From Bacteriovoracaceae bacterium (lineage in GTDB: Bacteria > Bdellovibrionota > Bacteriovoracia > Bacteriovoracales > Bacteriovoracaceae), in the NCBI GenBank assembly GCA_965217035.1, contig OZ244226.1, positions 1,966,146 through 2,030,145 of the forward strand: 64,000 nt of DNA. Reading direction: 5' to 3'. The notes beneath the pieces were generated by a model. That model was not told the DNA's origin, did not search any database, and saw only the letters and a list, made by a program, of their open reading frames with translations. Positions 30,038 through 39,295 of the stretch are shown here, in pieces. Position 1 is the first letter of the stretch, and each line of letters begins with the position of its first letter. The translations under genes were made by a program, and so were the position numbers.

Positions 30038-31135
30038 ATGAAAAAAATATGGATTTGTTTTTGTGCTGTATTATGTCTCGCAACTGCGCGAGCAAACTAT
30101 CGAACATTTGTTAAAGAGGTTAATTGGAGCCTTTCAAAAGCTTCAGCGATGAACTCTCGAAATACAGTGTTCAAAAAAACGATTGATTTGAAAGATTCTA
30201 GCTCTGCTCGATTTCTTTTTTCTCAGGTGAGATTAGGAAAAGGGAATTATCTGAAAATTGAATCGCCTTTGAAGAAAAAGCCATTCTTCATGAACGATAA
30301 AATTATAAAAGGTTTTGGAAACGGAACTCCTTATCTTCAAGGTGAAAAGTTTCGATTAAGTATTGTTTTAAAAAACAAAAGCCGATTCGGTGGTTTAAGA
30401 ATTTCGAAGATTGAAGCAAATCGTCGATCGAAAAAACGCCTCCGACGATCAATTTGTGGGACAGATGATCGTATTGATTCTGATGAAAAGAAGATGGGCC
30501 GAATGATGAGAGATACTAAAGGAAATGGTGGTTGTACGGGAGGAATGATTTCTTCTACTTGTCTTATTACTGCTGGGCATTGTATGAGCACAGTTGAAGT
30601 TGTTGAGTTTCATGTTCCCGCTTCTGATAGCAATGGGAATCCTGTTCCAGCAGATCCTAAAAATCAGTACGTTAAATTAGAAACGATTGATTATGTTGAT
30701 GGAGGTTTAGGAAAAGATTGGGCGGTTCTTCGTTATAAGGCAAATCCTCTGACTGAAAAGTTTCCAGGCGAAGCTCAAGGTTTTTACGGTGTTAGCACCG
30801 ATAAATTAGAGGCCGGAGATATTCTTCGAGTTACCGGTTATGGAATTGATAATGAAAAGTCAAAGAGTCAAACTCAACAGACTCATACTGGAGAGTTAAC
30901 AAAATTTACTTCTAGGCTTAGCTATACTGTTGATACTGAACCAGGGAACTCCGGGACTCCAGTGGTTCTCGATTCAACTAACGAAATAATTGGTGTTCAT
31001 ACTCATGGTGGTTGTAGAGCATCTTCGGGTTCTAATTCAGGAACATCTCTCCACTTTAGTGAACGTTTTCAGGCAGCAATCAAAACTTGTCTGGCTAAAG
31101 AAAAAGCTGATCTAAGAAAAAGGCGGCGTAATTAA
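30038..31135 (+). CDS. Secreted trypsin-like (S1) serine protease with propeptide
   Basis: Triad motifs ITAGHC, DWAVL, PGNSGTPV; basic RRSICGTDDR maturation site. Confidence 0.88.
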   Translation: MKKIWICFCAVLCLATARANYRTFVKEVNWSLSKASAMNSRNTVFKKTIDLKDSSSARFLFSQVRLGKGNYLKIESPLKKKPFFMNDKIIKGFGNGTPYLQGEKFRLSIVLKNKSRFGGLRISKIEANRRSKKRLRRSICGTDDRIDSDEKKMGRMMRDTKGNGGCTGGMISSTCLITAGHCMSTVEVVEFHVPASDSNGNPVPADPKNQYVKLETIDYVDGGLGKDWAVLRYKANPLTEKFPGEAQGFYGVSTDKLEAGDILRVTGYGIDNEKSKSQTQQTHTGELTKFTSRLSYTVDTEPGNSGTPVVLDSTNEIIGVHTHGGCRASSGSNSGTSLHFSERFQAAIKTCLAKEKADLRKRRRN

Positions 31136-31143
31136 TTTTCCCC

Positions 31144-31179
31144 AAGGGCGTGTGCTTACGGATGAGCCACGTTCCTTTT
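31144..31179 (+). terminator. Intrinsic terminator after the protease
   Basis: aagggcgtg..gctta-cgga-tgagc-cacgttcctt hairpin followed by T-rich tract. Confidence 0.6.
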
Positions 31180-31219
31180 CCTCTTTTCCCTACAAAAGTT
31201 TGAATAGCCAAACCATATT

Positions 31220-31251
31220 TTAATGATCGAAATCATGATTTAGATCATTAA
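31220..31251. promoter_or_regulatory. 32-bp near-perfect palindrome with two overlapping ATGAT-N4-ATCAT (FNR/Crp-like) boxes
   Basis: TTAATGATCGAAATCATGATTTAGATCATTAA, 15 of 16 pairs complementary, ~50 nt upstream of the HiPIP-cco operon. Confidence 0.65.
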
Positions 31252-31302
31252 TTGGATTGTCCTCTTGCGATAAACTGCAAATGTTTCAATAGAGGAGGTT
31301 TC

Positions 31303-31755
31303 ATGAGTCAATTAGATCGAAGATCGTTTTTTAAGTTTTCTGCTCTGGCAGTTGGGGCGGTAGCTTTCTTGAGAAAAAGCCCAGGACTTATTGCGGAAGC
31401 TTATGCAGAAGCAAGAAAAGATGCTGGCATCACCAAACTGAATTATCACGGTAATATTACTGCCAAGGCTCCATCGGTAGGGAGTGCAAAAAAGTTTTAT
31501 GACAAGCATGTGAAAAAAGTTGTGAAGTTTTTTAGTAAGCCTAAGAACAAAGAGACTTTCAAAATTGCAGATGCAGATCAAATCCCATACTGCAAGTATT
31601 GTAAGCTCTACACTAAAGTTGATGAGAACTGGGGATGGTGTACTCAGGTTGCTAAGAAAAATAACAAAAAGGGGCAAATGGCTTCAGCTAATGGTTGGTG
31701 CCAAATGTTTAATCTTCACAGCAAAGGAAAGCTTAAAAAAGTACTAGGTGCTTAA
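31303..31755 (+). CDS. High-potential iron-sulfur protein (HiPIP), Tat-exported
   Basis: Twin-arginine signal DRRSFFK; four Cys CKYC...WGWC...NGWC in HiPIP order; GGAGG RBS. Confidence 0.8.
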   Translation: MSQLDRRSFFKFSALAVGAVAFLRKSPGLIAEAYAEARKDAGITKLNYHGNITAKAPSVGSAKKFYDKHVKKVVKFFSKPKNKETFKIADADQIPYCKYCKLYTKVDENWGWCTQVAKKNNKKGQMASANGWCQMFNLHSKGKLKKVLGA

Positions 31756-31757
31756 TT

Positions 31758-34160
31758 ATGTGTGATCATGCTGTCGTTGACTCCGTTGAGGTTTGTGATC
31801 ATTGTAGCCTAGATGCCTACTATCCGATTTATTTGGATGATAAAGTTTTCTGTTGCCATGGTTGTTCACATGTTTACAAGCTTTTAGTCAACAATGGCTT
31901 GGATAATTTCTATGAACTTAAAAAAGAAGGAGTGAATTTTGCTCCTTCTTCACCTGTTACTCTCATTCCTAAAGAAGAATATCTTTATCTTGATCAGAAA
32001 GAATTTCTTTCTCATTACGGAGTGAGTTATAAAGATGGGTCTGATGAATTCTCATTCTACATTGAAGGGATAACTTGTTTAGCTTGTCTTTGGCTTTTAG
32101 AGAAGCTTCCCGAAATGAATTCAAAGATCGTGAGTTCTCAGTTCGATCTTTCGAAATCTAAACTTACAATCCGTTATAAAGACATCAAACTTTCTGAAGT
32201 CGCTCAATTAGTTTCTGATCTTGGTTATCGAGCTTATCCTCTCAAAAGTGAAGAGGAAATTAAAATCAGAGAGGCAAAGGAAAATCGAAAAGAACTGATT
32301 CGCCTTGCTGTCTGTGGAATGCTTGCTGGAAATATCATGCTTTTCGCTGTCTCGCTTTATGGTGGGGCAGAAGGTTTCTGGGGAAAGGTTTTTGAATGGG
32401 GAAGTGCAATTCTGGCCTTGCCTGTACTTACTTATGGAGCTATCCCTTTTTATAGAAGTTTTTTAAGAGACATTAAAATGCGTAAAATGTCTCTTGATAC
32501 TCCAATTGTTCTTTCTCTTTTGTTAGGAACAGGCATTGGTTTGTATCATTTGGCACTTGAAAATCCTCATCATTATTTTGATAGTTTAACGATTTTAGTT
32601 TTCCTTCTTTTATCATCACGATTTTTCTTGAGAATGGTAAAGCAAAAAGGGCTTCAGCTTAATCATTTAACAGACTTCTTCCTTCAGCCATGGACTCGAG
32701 TTTGGGATAGTTCGGAAGATTCTTTTACTCGATCTCATATCGATCAACTTAAAACGGGAGATCGGATTCAGGTTGAGCGTGGAGAAATTGTTCCTGTTGA
32801 TGGAAAAGTTCTTTCTGGAACAAGTCTTATTAATACAGCTCTTATCACCGGAGAGTTTGCTCCTGTTAGGGTAAAGAAAAATCAAAAAATCTATTCTGGT
32901 TCTGAAATTCTTGATTCTACGATCGAGGTTGAAGTTGAGAAAGTTGGAAAGCAATCAAGACTCGGAGAAATTCTTGAAGAAGTTAAAGGGCAGTGGACTC
33001 ATAAGAATCGACTGACTAGGCTCACTGATAAGTTCGCTCAATATCTTATTTCATTTGTTCTTCTCTTTGCAGCAGGACTCTTTACTTATATGGCATTCAA
33101 TGATCTAGAACTCGCGACTAATAGAACGCTTGCCTTAATTATTATCACTTGTCCCTGTGCTCTCGGATTGGCAACTCCACTTGCCATGGTACTTGGGATG
33201 AAAGTTGCAGCAAAAGAAGGAATCATTATCAAATCTGACGAAACTTTAGAGAAAGTGTCTCAGATAAAAAAAGTCTTCCTCGATAAAACCGGGACATTAA
33301 CTTATGGTCGCTTTCAAGTGACGGATTGGTCAGATGAGTCTGAAGAGTTGCGATCTATTACTTATGCTTTAGAGAAAGAATCAAGTCATCCGATTGCACG
33401 TTCGTTAATTCAGTATATAGAGAGTAAAGGTTTTTCTCCTGTCGAATTAGAAGAAAGAGTTGAAAAAATTGGAGTAGGAATTGAAGCCAAACAATTACAT
33501 AATGTTTGGGAAATCAGATCTCTTTCACAAATAAGTCCAATTAAGTCTGAAGTTTATCAGACGAGTATTGGACTCTATAAAAATAATGAATGTGTCAGTA
33601 AAATTATTTTAGAAGATACATTAAGACCTGATGCTCAAGCAGGTCTTAAGAAATTTAGCAAGCTAGGAATCCGAGCCCATATTCTTTCCGGAGATAATGA
33701 GAAATCGGTAAAACATATTGGAAAAATCTTAGGTCTTGAAGAAAAAAAACTTTTTTATAATGCAAGTCCTGAAGAAAAGAAACAAATATTGGCTAATCAC
33801 CAGGAATCAATGATGGTAGGAGATGGAGCGAATGATGCTCTTGCTTTTTCTCAAGCTGATGTTGGGGTGGCGATTAAAGGAAGTATGAGCATTAGTCTTA
33901 AAGTTGCAGATACTTATCTTACTCAGCCGGGAATTCAGGGAGTCCTTAAACTTATAACGATTTCTAGGGAAACGATGAAAATCGTAAAGAGAAATATTGC
34001 TTTTTCTCTTGCTTATAATGTGATCGGAGTGACTGCCGCTTGCTTGGGTTATGTAACTCCTTTATGGGCGGCAGTATTTATGCCTTTAAGTTCAGTTACA
34101 GTTGTTTCTTCAACTCTTTGGGGAACAAAAAAAATTAGAGAAATTAAAGGAGGACGATAA
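31758..34160 (+). CDS. ccoI: cbb3 assembly P1B-type copper ATPase CcoI/FixI
   Basis: CDHC..FCCHGC N-terminal domain, GITCLACLWL, CPCALGLA, DKTGT, SHP, VGDGAND. Confidence 0.92.
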   Translation: MCDHAVVDSVEVCDHCSLDAYYPIYLDDKVFCCHGCSHVYKLLVNNGLDNFYELKKEGVNFAPSSPVTLIPKEEYLYLDQKEFLSHYGVSYKDGSDEFSFYIEGITCLACLWLLEKLPEMNSKIVSSQFDLSKSKLTIRYKDIKLSEVAQLVSDLGYRAYPLKSEEEIKIREAKENRKELIRLAVCGMLAGNIMLFAVSLYGGAEGFWGKVFEWGSAILALPVLTYGAIPFYRSFLRDIKMRKMSLDTPIVLSLLLGTGIGLYHLALENPHHYFDSLTILVFLLLSSRFFLRMVKQKGLQLNHLTDFFLQPWTRVWDSSEDSFTRSHIDQLKTGDRIQVERGEIVPVDGKVLSGTSLINTALITGEFAPVRVKKNQKIYSGSEILDSTIEVEVEKVGKQSRLGEILEEVKGQWTHKNRLTRLTDKFAQYLISFVLLFAAGLFTYMAFNDLELATNRTLALIIITCPCALGLATPLAMVLGMKVAAKEGIIIKSDETLEKVSQIKKVFLDKTGTLTYGRFQVTDWSDESEELRSITYALEKESSHPIARSLIQYIESKGFSPVELEERVEKIGVGIEAKQLHNVWEIRSLSQISPIKSEVYQTSIGLYKNNECVSKIILEDTLRPDAQAGLKKFSKLGIRAHILSGDNEKSVKHIGKILGLEEKKLFYNASPEEKKQILANHQESMMVGDGANDALAFSQADVGVAIKGSMSISLKVADTYLTQPGIQGVLKLITISRETMKIVKRNIAFSLAYNVIGVTAACLGYVTPLWAAVFMPLSSVTVVSSTLWGTKKIREIKGGR

Positions 34161-34324
34161 TGGATGTACTCTTTTTTGCAATTCCTATTGCGCTGATTTT
34201 AGGAGTTGTTTTTTTAATTCTTTTTATCTGGGCGACGAAGTCTGGACAATATGACGATCTGGAGACACCTTCATACAGAATATTAATTGATGATGAAAAC
34301 AATCAAAAGAGGAACAAAAGATGA
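34160..34324 (+). CDS. ccoS: cbb3 assembly protein CcoS/FixS (not in ORF track)
   Basis: Hand translation MDVLFFAIPIALILGVVFLILFIWATKSGQYDDLETPSYRILIDD...; W..KSGQYDD signature; coupled by TAATG and ATGA overlaps. Confidence 0.92.
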   Translation: MDVLFFAIPIALILGVVFLILFIWATKSGQYDDLETPSYRILIDDENNQKRNKR

Positions 34325-36468
34325 ATGATTCAAATGGGAGCTTAGAAAGCTTCTCGTATGATGACAAGATTGTTCGTATGTTTACCCAAGCCACGCTTTT
34401 GTGGGGAGCTGTAGCTATGCTGCTTGGGGTAATCATTGCGTTTCAACTTGCTTATTGGAAACTTAACATGGGCGTTGAATGGCTAACGTTTGGACGCTTA
34501 AGACCACTTCACACCAATGCTGCAATTTTTGCTTTCGTTGGGAATGGAATGTTTGCGGGGATTTATTACTCCTTGCAAAGACTCTGTAAGGCAAGACTCT
34601 TTAGTGATATTCTGTCGAAGGTTCATTTTTGGGGTTGGCAATTAATTATTGTCTCGGCTGCGATCTCTTTGCCACTCGGAATGACTCAAGGGAAAGAATA
34701 CGCTGAGCTCGAATGGCCAATAGATATTGCAATTACTTTGGTTTGGGTTGTTTTTGCAATTAACTTTTTTGGGACGTTAATAAGAAGACGTGAAAGACAT
34801 ATCTATGTTGCAATCTGGTTTTATATCGCAACTATTATTACTGTAGCGATTCTCCATATCGTGAATTCTGTTTCTATCCCTGTGGATTGGATGAAATCTT
34901 ATTCAATGTATGCGGGAGCTCAAGATGCTTTGATTCAATGGTGGTATGGGCATAATGCGGTAGCCTTCTTTTTAACAACACCGATTTTAGGTCTGATGTA
35001 TTATTTTGTTCCAAAGGCTGCAAACAGACCTGTTTATTCCTACAGACTTTCGATTATTCACTTTTGGTCGCTTGTCTTCATTTATATTTGGGCAGGGCCT
35101 CATCATCTTTTATATACAGCTCTTCCTGAATGGCTTCAAACCTTAGGGATGGTTTTTTCAGTGGCACTTTGGGCACCCTCTTGGGGCGGCATGATTAATG
35201 GTCTTCTTACACTTCGGGGAAAGTGGCATGAAGTTCGGACGAATCCAACATTAAAGTTCCTAGCAACGGCGGTTACATTCTACGGGATGTCGACATTTGA
35301 AGGTCCACTGCTTTCAATTAAGTCAATCAACTCAGTTGCTCACTTTACTGATTGGATTGTTGGGCACGTTCATTCTGGAACTATCGGTTGGAACTATATG
35401 TTTACAGCTGGCATGCTCTATTATCTTGTTCCGAAACTTTGGAAAACAAAAATTTATAGTATCGCATTAGCAAATTTTCAGTTTTGGACTGCGACGATTG
35501 GCCTCGTGTTCTACATTATTTCAATGTGGATCGCAGGAATTACTCAAGGGATGATGTGGCGAGCAGTTGACGGAGAGTCTGGAACACTTGTTTATCCGAA
35601 CTTTGTAGAAACTGTTTCTCAGATTGTTCCAATGTATTGGGTGAGAGCGATTGGCGGAACACTTGTTTTGATTAGCTTTATTGTTATGATTTATAACTTT
35701 TATAAGTCGATTAAAGCTTCTAAGGAAGATCTTCAAGAGCAAGTTTTTCAAGCTCCTGCACTTGGTGGAAATACAGCGAAGGGTCACAGAAAGTTAGAAG
35801 GCCTTCCAATGGTCTTTACAGTGCTTGTTCTCGCTTCTGTTCTTGTGGGGACAGCCACTGAGATTGCTCCGACTTTTCTAGCTAAGAAATTTATTCCAGA
35901 GACAGGAGATATCACTCCTTACACTCCATTAGAACTTTTGGGACGTGATGTTTATATCAAAGAGGGGTGTTATACCTGTCATTCTCAAATGATCCGGCCA
36001 ATGGTTTCAGAGAAGCTTCGCTATGGAAAACCTTCTCATGTTGGTGAGTCAGTTTATGACCATCCTTTTCAATGGGGTTCAAGAAGAATTGGACCTGACT
36101 TAGCAAGAGTTGGTGGAAAGTATCCTCACATGTGGCATTACCGACATATGATTAATCCACGGCATATGACTCATGATTCGATCATGCCGAATTATCCATG
36201 GCTTGCTCGGAAGAAAATTAAGTATGAAGTCCTTAAAAAGAAAATGCGAGTTATGCAAGCGTTAGGAGTGCCTTATTCGGATGGAGAAATTGAGAGTGCC
36301 GTTGAAGATGCTCAAGATCAAGCTTTGGAAATTGCAGATGTTCTCGGAGAATCTGGAGTTGATGGTAAGATCGTCAACAAAGAGATGATTGCCTTGATCG
36401 CTTACCTACAAAGACTAGGATCAGAATCCATCGAGGAAGAAGATCCAATTGAGGAGGAGGAAGAATAA
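34321..36468 (+). CDS. ccoN: Fused cbb3 cytochrome c oxidase subunits I/II (CcoNO)
   Basis: FGRLRPLHTN, QWWYGHNAVAF, WAGPHH, GHVH, then CcoO heme site EGCYTCHSQMIRP and WGSRRIGPDLAR. Confidence 0.96.
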   Translation: MNDSNGSLESFSYDDKIVRMFTQATLLWGAVAMLLGVIIAFQLAYWKLNMGVEWLTFGRLRPLHTNAAIFAFVGNGMFAGIYYSLQRLCKARLFSDILSKVHFWGWQLIIVSAAISLPLGMTQGKEYAELEWPIDIAITLVWVVFAINFFGTLIRRRERHIYVAIWFYIATIITVAILHIVNSVSIPVDWMKSYSMYAGAQDALIQWWYGHNAVAFFLTTPILGLMYYFVPKAANRPVYSYRLSIIHFWSLVFIYIWAGPHHLLYTALPEWLQTLGMVFSVALWAPSWGGMINGLLTLRGKWHEVRTNPTLKFLATAVTFYGMSTFEGPLLSIKSINSVAHFTDWIVGHVHSGTIGWNYMFTAGMLYYLVPKLWKTKIYSIALANFQFWTATIGLVFYIISMWIAGITQGMMWRAVDGESGTLVYPNFVETVSQIVPMYWVRAIGGTLVLISFIVMIYNFYKSIKASKEDLQEQVFQAPALGGNTAKGHRKLEGLPMVFTVLVLASVLVGTATEIAPTFLAKKFIPETGDITPYTPLELLGRDVYIKEGCYTCHSQMIRPMVSEKLRYGKPSHVGESVYDHPFQWGSRRIGPDLARVGGKYPHMWHYRHMINPRHMTHDSIMPNYPWLARKKIKYEVLKKKMRVMQALGVPYSDGEIESAVEDAQDQALEIADVLGESGVDGKIVNKEMIALIAYLQRLGSESIEEEDPIEEEEE

Positions 36469-36641
36469 TGAAGAGACAAGTTTTTGAAAACTTTGATCTA
36501 ACGATATTACCAAGCATAGGAATGATTCTTTTCTTATCCGTTTTTCTTGGAATGGTGATTTGGGTCTTTAGAAAAAACTCAAAACAAATTTACAGTGAAA
36601 TGAGTCAGATTCCTTTAGAAGAGGAGAGAAACCATGAGTGA
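36468..36641 (+). CDS. ccoQ: cbb3 oxidase subunit CcoQ (not in ORF track)
   Basis: Hand translation MKRQVFENFDLTILPSIGMILFLSVFLGMVIWVFRKNSKQIYSEMSQIPLEEERNHE; single TM; between ccoO and ccoP. Confidence 0.88.
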   Translation: MKRQVFENFDLTILPSIGMILFLSVFLGMVIWVFRKNSKQIYSEMSQIPLEEERNHE

Positions 36642-37215
36642 AGATATGAATGAAGAAGAAAAGAAAGTTCTTCTCGAGCATGATTACGATGGGATTCAGG
36701 AATTTGATTTTCCTCTTCCTCGTTGGTGGGTAGCGACTTTTTGGATTACAAGTTTATTTGGAATTGGCTACTTTGTTTATTATATTGTTATGAATGGTCC
36801 AAGCCTTCAGTACGAGTATTTTGTTGAAGCCAATAAAGTAATGGAGCAAAGAACGGATTTTCTTGAAGAGCTTAAAAACTTTAAACCAGATACTTACCAG
36901 GCTTATGCAGGTTCTCCAGAGATGGTTAAGCATGGTGAATACCTTTTTACGATGAACTGTGTTTCATGCCATGAGGCTAAAGGAGCAGGAGATATTGGGC
37001 CAAACTTAACTGATGAATATTGGCTTTACTCGGATGGAACTCCAAGTGGAATTTTTCCTTTCTTGATTGAAGGAAATCCAATGAATGGAATGCCGGCTTG
37101 GGGAGAATTCTTAGAAGAGGATGATCTTTATGCGCTAACAGCTTATCTTGTTTCGATAAAGGGAACAGTTCATGACAACCCAAAAGAACCACAAGGAGAA
37201 ATTCCAGAGCAGTAG
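36634..37215 (+). CDS. ccoP: cbb3 oxidase subunit III CcoP (single heme)
   Basis: HDYDGIQEFDFPLPRWW; one CxxCH (CVSCH); IGPNLTDEYW; GMPAW. Confidence 0.92.
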   Translation: MSEDMNEEEKKVLLEHDYDGIQEFDFPLPRWWVATFWITSLFGIGYFVYYIVMNGPSLQYEYFVEANKVMEQRTDFLEELKNFKPDTYQAYAGSPEMVKHGEYLFTMNCVSCHEAKGAGDIGPNLTDEYWLYSDGTPSGIFPFLIEGNPMNGMPAWGEFLEEDDLYALTAYLVSIKGTVHDNPKEPQGEIPEQ

Positions 37216-37218
37216 ATT

Positions 37219-38631
37219 ATGGCAGTTAACCCCAATGAACGTCATGCAGAACGCTTAGCGACCACTGATCAAGATGGGCATCGAATCTATGTTCATCCAG
37301 AGGAAGTAAATGGAAAGTGGAAGTACCGCAGGCGTGCGGTTTATTGGGGACTCATTCTCTTTTATTTGATTGTTCCATGGATAAATATTGGAGGCCATCA
37401 AGCTGTTCTCTTCGATATTCCTAATCGAGAATTCTTTATCTTTGGACTTCATTTCTGGGCTCATGAAATTCCGTACTTCTTTTTGTTCTTTGTAGGATTC
37501 ATCTTTTCTATCGCTTTTATTACAGCGATCTGGGGAAGAGTTTGGTGTGGTTGGGCGTGTCCTCAGACAGTCTTTATCGATACTATCTATCGGTCCATTG
37601 AAATTTTAGTTGAAGGAAAGCCTAGGCAAAGACAGAAACTCGATGCTGCTCCATGGAACTTTGAAAAAGTCTGGAAGCGATCAGCGAAGTGGGCGCTTTA
37701 TATTGTAGCTTCACTTTTTATTTCTCACTCTGTACTTGGATATTTTCTTGGAGCTCGAAATCTTTTTAACATTATCACTCAAGCTCCAACGGAGCACTGG
37801 CAAGCCTTTATGGCGACCATGATTTTTACAGGAATCATTCTTTTTGATTTTGCTTGGTTTCGTGAGCAGTTTTGTATCATTGCTTGTCCTTATGGAAGAT
37901 TTCAATCAGTCTTTATGGATAAAAATTCGATGGTGGTTGCTTATGATGGAAGTCGTGGTGAGCCAAGAAGAACAGTCGCAAAGTCTCGAGAGGAAGAAGG
38001 CGATTGTGTTAATTGTTATCAATGTGTAAGGGTTTGTCCGACCGGAATTGATATCCGGCGGGGAACTCAAATGGAATGCATTGCTTGTACCATGTGTATC
38101 GATGCATGTGATGACATTATGGACAGACTTAAGAGACCGAAAGGTCTTATCCGGTATACGACAGAGAGTGAATTAGAAGGGGAGAAGATAAAATTCTGGC
38201 GACCTCGATTATTTGTTTATATTGGCTTGATTGCAGCGATCTTTGTTTCAGGAACGGTTCTATTATGGAATAAGGATAGTTTACGAGCGATGCTTTTAAG
38301 AGGAAATCGAGAGCCTTATCAGTTAATTCAAACTCAGGGATCACCGGAATTAGTTGTAAATCATTATAAGGTTGAACTTTTTTATAATGGTGAAGAAAAC
38401 CTTGAATTAAGATTTAATGTGAATAGTGAATTAAAAGAACAAGGGTTAAGGCTCGTGACACCAATGATTCCATTTAAACTAAAAGCGAGCCGAAAAAAAG
38501 TTGTTAATCTCTTTTTTAAATTCCCCCCTAGCTTTTTAAAGGAAGGACTTAAAAAAGTTGATGTTGAAATAAAAACGGAAGAAAAAACACTTGTTACTAA
38601 GGAGGTCATGCTTGTTGGACCAATTAAGTAG
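37219..38631 (+). CDS. ccoG: cbb3 accessory polyferredoxin CcoG/FixG
   Basis: GRVWCGWACPQT, REQFCIIACPYGRFQ, two ferredoxin Cys clusters. Confidence 0.94.
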   Translation: MAVNPNERHAERLATTDQDGHRIYVHPEEVNGKWKYRRRAVYWGLILFYLIVPWINIGGHQAVLFDIPNREFFIFGLHFWAHEIPYFFLFFVGFIFSIAFITAIWGRVWCGWACPQTVFIDTIYRSIEILVEGKPRQRQKLDAAPWNFEKVWKRSAKWALYIVASLFISHSVLGYFLGARNLFNIITQAPTEHWQAFMATMIFTGIILFDFAWFREQFCIIACPYGRFQSVFMDKNSMVVAYDGSRGEPRRTVAKSREEEGDCVNCYQCVRVCPTGIDIRRGTQMECIACTMCIDACDDIMDRLKRPKGLIRYTTESELEGEKIKFWRPRLFVYIGLIAAIFVSGTVLLWNKDSLRAMLLRGNREPYQLIQTQGSPELVVNHYKVELFYNGEENLELRFNVNSELKEQGLRLVTPMIPFKLKASRKKVVNLFFKFPPSFLKEGLKKVDVEIKTEEKTLVTKEVMLVGPIK

Positions 38632-39295
38632 TCTTGGATCCCAAGCGGACATTTACGTCCTCGTGATTGCCTTTATGGTAGGTCTTGGTGGTTCTCTTCA
38701 TTGTGTCGGGATGTGTGGACCGCTGGTGAGTGCGACGACTTCAAATAAATTTCAATCAGGTTTTTATCAAGTAGGAAGGCTTTTTGGTTACTTAATAGTT
38801 GGAACCCTAGTTGGGCTTTTTGGGAAGGTCTTTCTTTTTCGTTATAGTAAAGACCTTAATCTTTTCTTTAGTATCTTGATTGCATTTTTTTTTATTTTTG
38901 CTGGTCTTAAGATTTTTGTGAATCGACCTCTGAATTTTCAAATGCCAAAATTTATTCAAAAAATTTGGGGGAAAATTCAAATTAGTAAGCCTTCTCTAGG
39001 AAGAGCTGGAGTAACTGGTTTGTTCTCAATTTTTCTTCCTTGTGGATTTCTTTACACAGTGATCTTTGCAATTGTTAGTTTCCAAAATCTTGGACTCGGT
39101 CTTGCTGCTATTTTTGCTTTCTGGCTAGGGACGGTTCCAGCAATGATGTCAGCGCCATGGTTCATTCATAAACTATTAATGCCATTAACGGTACGTAAAC
39201 CTCAATTCACAGGAATTCTTTTAATGGCATTTGGGTTATTAACAATTGTTTGGCGCTATCAAATAGCCTCTGAAAATTGCCTGTTTTGTCATTAG
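38612..39295 (+). CDS. DsbD_2/TauE-like membrane protein of cco loci
   Basis: SLHCVGMCG, FLPCG, FWLGT; TTG start after GGAGG. Confidence 0.8.
   Translation: MLDQLSSLGSQADIYVLVIAFMVGLGGSLHCVGMCGPLVSATTSNKFQSGFYQVGRLFGYLIVGTLVGLFGKVFLFRYSKDLNLFFSILIAFFFIFAGLKIFVNRPLNFQMPKFIQKIWGKIQISKPSLGRAGVTGLFSIFLPCGFLYTVIFAIVSFQNLGLGLAAIFAFWLGTVPAMMSAPWFIHKLLMPLTVRKPQFTGILLMAFGLLTIVWRYQIASENCLFCH

Noticed and set aside
34224..34436. Minus-strand 70-aa ORF and the many other short ORFs nested in or antisense to long genes
   Set aside because: Shadow ORFs. Here the real genes are ccoS and ccoN on the plus strand.
34321..36468. CcoN-CcoO fusion as a novelty
   Set aside because: Fused CcoNO is already known in several bacterial lineages.
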